64,000 bases of DNA from Chrysomallon squamiferum. Lineage: Eukaryota > Animalia > Mollusca. Below are positions 34,831 through 45,840 of this stretch, piece after piece. Below the pieces are notes generated by a model. The model worked only from the letters and a program-made list of their open reading frames with translations. It did no database searches and had not been told where the DNA came from. The DNA lies in contig CM022671.1 of NCBI GenBank assembly GCA_012295275.1, forward strand, positions 20,460,001 through 20,524,000. The letters are read 5' to 3'. The number at the start of each line of letters is the position of its first letter. Position 1 is the stretch's first letter. A program made the position numbers and the translations under genes.

Positions 34831-35767
34831 TTCATATGAATTAAAAGTGGGTATTAAAATAAACCTATTATAAATAATAATAATTAAAAAGAAGAAAAGA
34901 GTACTACTTAGATGTTGTCATTTTCATTTTTCTTAGAAAAGCCATTTAATACTTTTGTAGATTATATATTGCCTTTTTATATTTGCACTTTACCATTGTT
35001 TATTGGGTACCGTTTAATAGCATTAGAAAATAAAATCTACAATAACATGTATTTAATTCATAATATATTTCGTCAGTTATTTTAGCCAGATGAATTTTTC
35101 AGTGTAAACTTATTATTACTATTAAATCTATTTTATTTATTTATTTATTAGTGTGGGCTTGGTAGGATCACATTAAAGACTATCACTTTAAGTTTACTCT
35201 ATTTTGAATACATTTTATAATTGTGCTAAATTTGATGAGGTTGAAAAAGCAAACAAAATTGACAACCATTTCTATACTGAAAACATACCATTTATAAAAG
35301 ATCAGATTTTTAATATTCATATTATTTTCTTTATTTTGTAACATTTTCTTGGGGAAGGGAAAATTATTCGAAATTTCTGCAGGATATAGGGGCTGGGAGA
35401 GCTGCAATGTTCAATTTGTATTCTCATGTGTTCAAAAAACTAACAATCTCCAGTGCCAACAGCATACTCCAATTGACATTATTTTGTCAGAAGTAGGTTA
35501 CTCATGAAAACCTTTTGCAAATGATAAAAAATCAAGGATTTCTCTGTGAAAAGCTCCAAGATTTCTATTTTACATATTTATTCTTGAAATAGGAAAACAT
35601 GGCAAGTATTCAGTTTAAAATTATGTCCTTTCCTCTGCAACAAGCTTTTTCTTGCAAATTTTAATTTTTTTTTTTTTTAACAAATAGAAAATTATACTCC
35701 TGTAAAACTATGTTCATTTTTTATTCTAATGAACAGCATATATTTGTCCAATGACAATCATTTAAAT

Positions 35768-36041
35768 CAGGCAGGGGCAATCTTTTTCAAGAAGCAGGCA
35801 ACATGAGACATGGCTCATCCTCAGGTGGGCCATAGGTACTAATTTAGGTGATTTTGTGTTACTATGTAGTTTATTTTAAGAAATTTTTCAATTTCATTTA
35901 CTCCAGGAACAGTTACAATTAAAGGAAAATTACATGTTTTAGTATATTAGTAGACACAAAATACTCATTTTATAAAATTTTCCTTGTGAAATTTGGTAGG
36001 CCAATCAGAAAGCCATGCAGGCCATAGTTTGTCCAAGACTG
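35768..36041. mobile_element. hAT (Charlie-like) non-autonomous element/MITE
   Basis: Ends CAGGCAGGGGCAATCTTTTT ... GGCCATAGTTTGTCCAAGACTG. Flanked by an 8-bp TSD, ATTTAAAT / ATCTAAAT (1 mismatch, central TA), typical of Charlie-group hATs. Confidence 0.65.
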
Positions 36042-36439
36042 ATCTAAATATTCGACTAAGCAAACTGACAACTCAGATGAATATCCAAAATAACCCAATA
36101 CATTAATTCCATCTCAAAATAAAATAAAAATAAAAATAAAATAAAAACCATCACAATTTAATATTTTATTACATCAGGCACAGTAAAGACTGACAACAAT
36201 AAAATGAATATACTTTTATTTGAGTCTAATAAAAATGCACAAGTTGTGTATGAACTAAAATTTTGTTTCCAGTTTGATGAAAAATATGAAAGGAATGAAA
36301 TCATAGGGCAACATTTTAACACTGAACATGATTTATTTTATGCCTTTAAATTTAAGATCTAATGTGATATGACTATCAAATTATGACAATTTATCAAGTA
36401 CAGAAACTACTTTCAGACTGGAGAAGTTTAAATTCTGAA

Positions 36440-36735
36440 TTAATCACTGTCACTGTCAAAAGTCTTCTTTTTGCCACTTCCGCCAAATGTTCCTGAAAGA
36501 AAATATTTTTTTTTTTTGAGTTCATGTAGTAATCACATTAAAATGAGTTAGGATGAAGTTGAAAAACTAAATATCCAATTTATAAAGCAGAAGTTCAATT
36601 AAATGTTTAAATTTATCCACAAAGAAATTTTTAAAATTTAAACTTCACATACCACCTCCACCACCTCGACTACCGCCACGTCCTCGTCCTCCACGACCAC
36701 CTCGGAATCCACCACCACCACCACCACCACCACCT

Positions 36736-36773
<38 letters not shown>

Positions 36774-38910
36774 CATGAATTACAAAATACATAAATACAT
36801 TCTATTCTAACTTTTAAACAGCATTATAATTTGAATTCCACTTATCTCTCTTAAAAATTATAATCAATCATAAAATGTAACCGGACACAAAAATAAGTCT
36901 GCATAAATCTGTTCTGTAAATTGTTATGTACGTTCCATTAACTATGAATAACACTACAATAGATGTCATCCAACTCTCAGGAACCAAAATGGAACATTGT
37001 CAGAACCAGAGGAACCAGTACGGCTCCAACCAGAAAATCTTGTGTTCCATTAACTGTTGTACCACAGACGTAACACTGATGTCTCATGACGAGGTCAGCT
37101 GACTGGTCTGTGGAGGAACATTTAAATTTTCTGCATCCTGGGCCATGTTATCAAGATGCGTGAAGTTATATTCGGATTTCTGATATGCTGCTATAAAAAC
37201 TGTTTAATATTCAAATTAATTTTAATATTGGTAAGAAACATTTCAATTTTAATATATTTACCTGTTATTATCATTCAATTGCTGGAAGTTCGTAATAGTA
37301 AAATTTTAAGGAATAGATATCAAAGTACACAATGTTTTTAATGACATTCTGCCACATGAGGTTTACATTTAAACTTTACTTACCGTTGTATACTATCAAA
37401 TTTTAATCTTGTCATGCTCAGATATGGCAAAGCATCTTCAATATTTTATCAGAGACTCTAGTCCAGATGTTTCATCATAGCATGACAGTTTTAAACCAGG
37501 CAATTTTCCTATTATATCAACTTACAAATAGTACTACAAATAATGCAAGCTTAAAAATATTTTAAATACGTACGACCAAAACCGCTGCCACCACCACCTC
37601 CTCCCCCACCGGAACGCTCAGCAGCAAAATCAAGGAATACTTGACGTCCATCTACCTCCTGACCTTTCATACGGTCAAAAGCTGATGCAGCTTCTTCAGG
37701 AGAGTTGAATTCAACAAAGCCAAATCTAAAGAGATACATTTTCATTTTAAAATTAGAAATCATCAGTATACTGAACATACTACACAAAATCACTTGAAAA
37801 CTGGAAAGGTAATTATGAATCAAACTGCCCAAATTAATAAAAAAAACAAAAACCCCAAAACAAACGTATAAATGCTTACCCTTTGCTCCTACCAGTGTCC
37901 CTGTCTGTTGCTATACGAGCTGAGACAGCCCCTTCAAATTGCTTCTGTAGGTATCCATCTCTAGTCTTGTAGCTCAGATTCCTCACAAACAAAACTTTGG
38001 ATTCACCACGTACTGAAATGGAAATTTTCACTTGTTTGGTCAGTTCAATATATAAAGTATGAAGATTCATTATTTTCCTACCAGAAACAAAACCAAATCG
38101 AGAATTGCAAATATAGTCAACACTAATGTATCAAGTATGTTCTTGCATTTTAAGACGGGTTGGTTTTAATATTTTTTTTGCTTAATTTTACTTATTCACC
38201 TCCTGCAGATCCTCCTCCACCTCCACCTCGGCCCCCACCTCCTCTACCACCGCCACGACCACCACCACGTCCTCTTGGAGACTTGGAGTCACGTTTGGCT
38301 GCACGGTCAAGGAATAATGATCTGCCTTCTAGCTCTGCTCCTTGTCTCTCATTCAACATTTCATCAACTTTAGATGAACTATCAAACACAAGGTAAGCAA
38401 ATCTGAAACAAAATGAAAATGTTTTTGCACAAGTTCCTGTGAAATATGACCAGTCATTTTAAAAATTAAAATTACACTAGAAACCCTTTCAAAACAGAAG
38501 AGATCAATAAATCTTGAGTTTCATCATTTATGCATTTATTTATGTATTAAAACTTACCCTTTATGTCCACCTTCTGCACTTTCGGGCAATCTAACACTGA
38601 CAGCATCTTCAAAGAACTCATTCAGCATTTCTTTGGTAACATTTTCAGCCAAATTTTTCACAAACAAGGTTTTATCATCTTCATTATCTGAAAGCCAATA
38701 AGCAAATTCAGTACTATTCCAAATCGGGGGGCAATACAGCAGCTGTATTCCAAGTAATATTATACATGTTAAACCCAGATAATACATTTTCTTTTAAATT
38801 ACAACTTAAATATTTGGTAGTTTAAATCTATCCTTATGTTTGTAATAAAAATGAAATGCAGTTAATCTGTTTTGTATTTTATACAAATTATTTTTCCTCA
38901 GGAGAAGAAA

Positions 38911-38942
<32 letters not shown>

Positions 38943-41900
38943 AAATGGTAAATATGAAAGAATGCCCATCTATGCAAATTACACTAAAATGTACTTACCA
39001 TCACCACCACCACCACCAACTGTCTGTTGGGTAGGAGTTACAGGTGTTGGATTTTGACTTCTTTCTTTAGCTTTTTCTATTTTAATAGGCTTATCTTGAA
39101 AATCTGTACCATTTAAGGCTAAAACTTTGTCCAAATCATTGGGATCAGCCAAATCAGCATATGCAAATCTGAAAATAAAACCAGAGGTACAGGATGGAGA
39201 AAATCAGAGAAATGCCTAACATTGTGTATTCCCAAACAGTTCTATTTAATTTTCTACCACAATGTGATTCTTTTAACAAACTTCCTATGTTAACTATGGT
39301 TAAATACTTACTGTTTGTAATCAATTTTTCTTATTTCAGTTACTTCAATTCCTTGTTTCTTAAAAAACTTTTCCAACTTCTTTTTTTCCAGAGTCTTGTC
39401 CAGTCCACCAATAAATACAGTTACTGAAAAAATGTCCATAATTAAGTATTGTGTTTTGTGACATTTAAAAAGAAATATACATTTTTAAATGCTTTTTGAT
39501 GCACGTAAAGTATACACACCTTTTTCATCACTTCCATTTTTAGTTTGGGCCTTTTTGTCATCTCCTTCCTCGGCTGAAAAAAAAATTAAAAATTAAAAAC
39601 TATATACACAAATATAAAATTTATATGTACTGACCAATATTCCTTGCAATTTGTTTCACTTAAAATGGTAGCAACCAAACATCTACAGAACAGCAACATT
39701 ATAATCACCTATGTGTTACACCAGCATAGATTTTATTGTAGTTGTTTTAATGGAAAATTTTCCATTAAAACACAAGGGGACACTAGGCAAAAAATGAAAA
39801 ATGTTGAACAATATTGTTTTTTAATTTTTGACATGAATTCAGAATGTGAACATATAAAATTTATTTTTCAGATAACATTTCAGATTATTTCGCAAAAAGG
39901 AAGTGCATGTACATATGGGATTGTTTCCATCAAGTTTCAATTCTGTAACGAGTAATATGCATTTTTCATTTTTGCCCCCTTAATGAGTCAGAGGAGAATA
40001 CTCAGTTTGACTAATACCACGTATTATAACCAGAAGAATTGAATTCGATTCATGGGAAGAAGCATCATACAAAATCATTTGTTATCTTCTGATTGATGTG
40101 ACTACTACTACACGTGATTTAGGCTATTAATAATTTCAGTTTTATCTTGCAACAATAGACTGACATTGAAATGTTAATGAAATGACTCATTTTCAAATGG
40201 ATAACACACCATCAGAATCCTCATCTGAATCCTCTTCAGATTCATCAGAATCTTCATCTACTTCCATTTTATTTTTCGCCTCATTTACCAGTGGTGCTCC
40301 CTTGCCTTTCTTCACAGGCTTTGGAGGTTCCTCTGTGCAAAGAAATGCATAGTCAAGTCAGCTGAAAGAGCTGGGACAGCTTGACCAAAAAAAATCTAGT
40401 TTTTAACTACAATTACTTTTAAATTATTCAGTCTTGTAGTTTACTGAAGGAAAAACTTTTCAAAATTTACCATCTGATTCTTCTTCATCCTCATCATCCG
40501 ATTCATCTTCATCTTCATCACTTTCTGCAGATTTACCTTTAGCCTTTGTAGGTGTTTTTGCCTTTTTGTCAGGTGTAGGAGCTATAAAAATTAACAAGGT
40601 AAATTTATGAACTGGTGCTCAGATATAAAAGTCAAACTAATATTTCTGACTTTACACTGACAAAATCAATATATACATTTCATTTCCAAGTGCAAAAATG
40701 GACATTTAATATTGTGAAGGGAATGAACAGTGTCAGACACTATAGACATTACCTGCAGGTTCATCAGAAGAATCTTCATCTTCATCACTGCTTTCAGGTT
40801 CTGCTGCTTTTGCCTTAGTTGGTTTGGGTGTCTGCTGCTTTGTCACTTTAGCCTTTTTGTCCTTTTTTGCAGATTTTGGTGCTGAAGAAAAATTGGAAAT
40901 GATTCATTTAAAACTTATTTTTATTTTGTCAATTTCACTTGAATGCCAAATTATAAAGTGCTGGTTAAATTACCTGGTGGCTCTTCAGATGAATCAGATT
41001 CGTCATCACTCTCTCTCTTGGTGGCCTTGGCCTTGGCCTTTGTCTGAACAGGGGTCATCTTGGCATGTTTGGCAGCTTTAGGAGCTATTAAAATTTTAAA
41101 TTAAGAACAAAATATAAACAGAAGCTAATTCAAGCTGGTCATAATACTTTTGAAAGGTTGACTTTTCAAGCATATTCTAAAATGGTTGTTGATTATTTTT
41201 AATTGCTATTAAGACAAAAGAAATAATGAACACATTATTTCCAGATGTTCACAGCAAAGGGTAACCGTATTACTTAAAATGTGTGACTGGTTATTACAAA
41301 TGTACAAATTTTAACAGAAAGTGTTAATTTCATAATTCCACAGACAAGGTACTATTTGTTTTTACAAACAAATTACCAGGTGTCTCATCAGAAGATTCAG
41401 AATCTTCCTCCTCACTACTGTCTGCCTTTGCTGGTTTAGACTTGGTCTTTTTTCCAGTGACTGGAGTTTCCAACTTTGATTTCTTTTGGGCTTTACCCGC
41501 CTTTTTTGCAGATTTAGGTGCTGTAGGTTAGAAATGCTAAGTGCAATTTTAAATTACCTAAATCAGTTTTTGGGTATTAAACTTTCCTACATTTTTCATT
41601 CTACTGTTAACATTCACCAATGTATTTATAAATAAATCAAAAAAAATATCAAGTCTCACTGAATGAACCAAAATATTTTTTTTATTATATAATTTATGGC
41701 ATTTCTATCCTGTAATAACATCTCAGTCTGATAAAATGTTTACAGAACTATAAATTTTAAAATAATTTATGTCAGATGAACTATTTGTCTTAAATATGGC
41801 AGATCAAATCATGAGTAAGAAAATACCACCAATCTTCAGAACAAAGATGTCCAACATACTTTTAATTTCTTGTTTTGCTTTATTTTTGCCAGAAGGTGAA

Positions 41901-44584
41901 ATCTTAGCCACTTTAGCAGGAACATCTTCTGTAAAAGTAAGTAGACTATTGTAAGGATACAGCTTATATATTAACTAGGCTGTTTGCTGCATACCACATT
42001 TAAATACCCTTTACAATAAATAAGGCTAAAGACAATTTAAAATTAAGTTCTGTCTCAGTCAAATGCCTCGATTGTCTTCAACTGCACCAGGCCAATTAAG
42101 ACTCGTCATCGCTCATCACAGACATGAACAAACAAAAATTGAAAACAAGACATTTTATATGTATAAATTCCCTTTTTATAGAATTTTCAAATTGCCTAAC
42201 AAAATAAAAAAATTAACATGCATCCTAACACTTGAATATTCTGTGAATAATTATGGGCCAACTATTCATGCTATACAAACAAGTATAAAGGGATAAATCA
42301 TTTGCTGAACTGCCATACACTTGGAACTTAATGCTGTTAAAAATTTGAAAGCTTCAACAGTTTTCAAGCAACAGAGATATTGACACTGTACAGTTTTAGG
42401 AGTTTTGCACAAAAATCTACAAACAATTAAAAATATATATAAAAAAAAAAAAAGGCTGCAAAAATGTTTGAAAACTGAACATGAAATATGAACTGAATTT
42501 ATATTTGAACTTGGATCCTATTGTGTCCTTGTATTACAAAATCAAACATTTCAAATAACAGATCCCAAAGATAAACAAAGAAAACCCCTGTACAACTATT
42601 AATAATGACAATGTAGCAGTCCAGTCTCAGTCAAATGCCTCGATTGTCTTCAAATAGGACATGTGGCCCAATTAAGACTCGTCATCGCTCATCACCGACC
42701 TGAACTGCCACAAGCAGATCACAAGTTGTTTAAAATTAATATATTCATTATCAAATATTTCTAGAAACATTCTGTCAAATCTGATTTTGTCAGTTCTATC
42801 CAATCAAATCAATACAAGGTGTTCAGTTACCTTCTGATGATGAATCTTCACTGTCATCACTGCTTGCTTTGCGCTTTGGAGTAGTCTTCACCACTGGCTT
42901 TTTCTGAACAATTTCTTCCTAGTAGTAGTATTATAAATGCATTAAAATATAAAATTATAAAAATGTGGCCAACAAGGATTATGTAATTCTAAAATTAGAA
43001 ATTCAGATTTAAAGAAAAAAGGGTAATCATTAGAGTTACCTCAGCACTGCTATCATCCATGCTTTCCTCAGACCCAGAATCTTGGGCTGGAACATCTTTC
43101 TTCGACTTTTTCAAATTAACCCCATTTGCAACCTGTGAAATTGAGAAATATGTTTTTGATTATTAGTTTTCAGTGAATATAATATATTTAAAAAAAAATG
43201 TGTTTACACATTTACCCAAGTACTGTGAATGCTTGTACAAAAAAGTCAACCAAGTACTCCAATTTTCAGTGGAGGCAACTACTAAATACACTGTCAAGAA
43301 ATCACAAAGACATGTTAATGTCTTTCGTGTATGAATGGGATTTATGAAAAACCATGTAGGTTTTGATCACTTGTGAAATGTATGCCCAATAAAAGCAACA
43401 GCAAATCAAGTTCTAGTATTATGATTTATGGACTAGTACAAACTGTTAGAAGTAAAAAGCATTTTTTGCATCAGAGACCAGATGTCTTTTTGTAATGAAA
43501 AAATCCGTTGGAACATTTTCACCAACATTCTAGATATATTAGCACTCAAATAAAAAAACTGAATCTTCAGTACATAAAAAAAAAAAGCAATGCAGTATTT
43601 AAGAGATCTCATCCACCACTAATATTACATTAAACACTTTACTATACCTTAAATCAACACAATCTTTAATACTGAATCTATATTAAAAAGTATTGAATAC
43701 GACTTTAAACTCACCTGTTGCATACATGTAACATAAGGTGCTAGTTGCTTTAAGGTTACCCAAAGCCTGCTCTGGTCGGCAGAGGCAGGCAAGCATGGAT
43801 TTCAATCCTCTGACTGAATGGAGGATTTTGCAAGTAGCCCCTGAACCGACAGAGGCTAATAAAAGGTACCATATTTACATTTCCCCTGATCGGCAGGGTT
43901 GTTAAAGGTGACTGTACAAAACCCCTGAACGGCAGGGGTTTAGTTTCAAACAAGGATATAGCAAGAATTTATGCTGTGACCAACACTGCAATTTTATCTC
44001 TGAATTCTTGTCACCATCATCAATGCACTGTGCAAGCCATCCAAATATTCATGTAAACCTCTGAACATCCAATAATTACAAAATGGACGATGCAAAATAA
44101 ATTCAACTGGAAGGTTTCCTGAATCCGGCATCATCTTTATCAACGGACATTTAGCAAATTAAACAACATTATCAAACCATGAACTTCACCATTGGACGAT
44201 ATTTTTAAAGAAAAAAGTAATTCTATAAATGGGCGGGAAATAAGCTTGAGAATGCAGACATATATCTGCAATCAAACATTATGAACATACACGTGGTGAT
44301 TAACCACGTGGTTAATTCAATGTTCACGATTTTAAATCCATTCAGGTAATTCAAATACTTATGAAACAAATATTCATAACTACTCATAAAACAAAATTAC
44401 ATAATAAACCTGAAATTAAATACATAAAATAATTTTGTTTTTAAATTCAATGATAATCATACTGCATGGTCAAATCCACGTGCTCGGACAAAATCCGGGA
44501 GCCATCTTGTTTAAAAGCAGATTTCAAAATGAATAAATTAAGTTCTTTATATACCTTAGACTTCTTTGCAACCTTTTTCGTCAT
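36440..44584 (-). CDS. NCL: Nucleolin-like protein (acidic/basic N-terminus, 3 RRMs, RGG/GAR tail), 18 exons
   Basis: Exons (minus): 44555-44584, 43040-43132, 42831-42918, 41860-41928, 41377-41520, 40974-41084, 40753-40881, 40471-40581, 40210-40332, 39520-39573, 39312-39423, 38999-39168, 38558-38687, 38200-38402, 37880-38012, 37574-37725, 36653-36733, 36440-36492. Alternating K/TP-rich and D/E/S-rich blocks; RNP2 motifs VFIGGL, LFVKNL, LFVRNL; RNP1 KGFAYL and KGFGFVEF; RGG boxes; C-terminal GKKKTFD like nucleolin/Nsr1. Confidence 0.93.
36924..37114 (-). ncRNA. SNORA74: Box H/ACA snoRNA U19 (SNORA74/snR191-like)
   Basis: 5' hairpin CCACAGAC/GTCTGTGG with pocket GTCA...GTTAC; H box ACAACA; 3' hairpin GTTCCATT/AATGGAAC with pocket GAGAGT...TAGTT; ACA box 15 nt from the pocket. 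Both pockets complement 28S helix 69 (GUAACUAUGACUCUC). Intronic in NCL. Confidence 0.8.
37410..37487 (-). ncRNA. SNORD52: Box C/D snoRNA, U52/SNORD52-like (snR78-like)
   Basis: 9-bp terminal stem TGTCATGCT/AGCATGACA; C box ATGATGA; D' CTGA; C' TGAAGA; D CTGA. The D' guide GACTAGAGTC complements 28S GACUCUAGUC. Confidence 0.85.
39982..40080 (-). ncRNA. Weak candidate orphan box C/D snoRNA
   Basis: ATGATGC ... CTGA with an AATGA/TCATT flanking stem. No rRNA target recognised. Confidence 0.25.
41770..41843 (-). ncRNA. Candidate box C/D snoRNA (U32/U51, snR39/59-like target)
   Basis: C-like TGAAGA, D'-like CTTA, C'-like ATGATT, D CTGA. The D guide ATAGTTCAT complements 28S GUGAACUAU. Short duplex, non-canonical C box, and very close to the donor. 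Confidence 0.45.
42051..42124 (-). ncRNA. SNORD15: Box C/D snoRNA U15/SNORD15-like, copy A
   Basis: Stem TGTCT/AGACA; C box GTGATGA; guide GATGACGAG before a D'-like CTTA; guide CGAGGCATTTG before D box CTGA. Both guides complement 28S CAAAUGCCUCGUCAUC. Confidence 0.88.
42624..42699 (-). ncRNA. SNORD15: Box C/D snoRNA U15/SNORD15-like, copy B
   Basis: Boxes and both guides identical to copy A, with a different internal spacer. Extended flanking stem 42616-42708. Confidence 0.88.
43765..43941 (-). promoter_or_regulatory. Array of five RNA hairpins, four with a shared apex motif, in NCL intron 1
   Basis: Hairpins at 43919-43941, 43884-43898, 43835-43858 and 43765-43790 share CUG-loop-CAG. A fifth hairpin at 43804-43827 has a different loop. 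Compensatory and G-U changes in the stems. Confidence 0.75.
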
Positions 44585-44982
44585 GATTATTGTTTAAAAT
44601 GGTCTTTAAATTAAAACCCCAATTAAAAAAATAACAGTAAATTTCTATCTCTCTCTCTTCTTTTCGATCGTCTCGTGCGAATGCAATGCTACTGGAATCG
44701 TACACAAACTCTTCGTATTAGTGTTCCGCTACGTCTGCTCTTTAATTTATACTTTAACGTGCTACCAGGCCGAGAAACAGGCAATAATTCCCACAAACCA
44801 TTGCGTCAACGCGTGCCCACGTGGTTGTGAAGTATTTCAGTCAATCAGATCGCATATGACTTTTTAAACTCCTCCCATTCTACGTGTAATGGGGAAAGAA
44901 AAGCTTATAGTCATTGGCGTTTCTATGTCTTTGTCTACGGTATATATTATACTATCCATTAAGCTCACAGCTGTTACGTAAT
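44290..44982. promoter_or_regulatory. Nucleolin promoter/intron-1 E-box cluster
   Basis: CACGTG at 44290, 44305, 44477 and 44818; CpG-rich patch ~44660-44900; GTTACGTAAT at 44973. Confidence 0.6.
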
Positions 44983-45183
44983 GCATGCTAAACTAAGGCA
45001 GAAAGGCAGACGATGCCTTTGTACTTCCAAATCTATAAAAGAATGCATTATAAGAAAAGTAAACAGATGAATGACACCGTGTGAAATGTATTTTAAGATG
45101 TTCTGAATTATTTAATTAGAGTTAATTTTAAATATTAACTTTTGTTCATACAACCTTCAGATAAATTAACTGACTACGATGTT

Positions 45184-45225
<42 letters not shown>

Positions 45226-45780
45226 GTTCAATATTTTAAATATTTTGTATTTTATTCTTTTAAAATTTATTATAATTTTCATTAATTTGCAGCTTTTTTT
45301 TTTTTTTTTAAATTAATTTAATAAATGATATTAGATGAGATAGGTTACACAATTATAATTCATTAAGAGCATTGCATTATTTGTTTTTCATCTACTTGTT
45401 TTACTAAAATACTGCATTAAACGTGTAAAAGCTTTTATCTGATATATACCGCTTTTGCACGACTAATAGAATATCACTGATATATGGAAGATGTTTTGAA
45501 TAATTATATTTTACACTGGGGACCTTTTGATCTACCTTGTGTTTCTAATGGGGCGTTGACCGCGAATGCATTTTTGGTTTGGGGGGGGGGGTAGCTTTTG
45601 TCCTGGGATAGGCCTTATGTGCATGTCCACATAATAACATAATATTAATTAATTAATTCTGGATTTTTAATGATACAGTTTATTTCAGAATATAATTAAT
45701 TGCTTTTTAAATAATAATAATAATAACGTCAAATTCTGAAAGATGCACAAATATAATTATTTATTACGAATTTTAAAAAT

Positions 45781-45840
<60 letters not shown>

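Noticed and set aside
38160-38396. Pro-rich plus-strand ORF
   Set aside because: Antisense shadow of the nucleolin RGG exon.
38440-38533. Minus-strand C box ATGATGA in an NCL intron
   Set aside because: No D box or terminal stem at a plausible distance; at most a decayed snoRNA.
43756-43953. 65-aa minus-strand ORF
   Set aside because: Non-ATG start; explained by the GC-rich hairpin array rather than protein coding.
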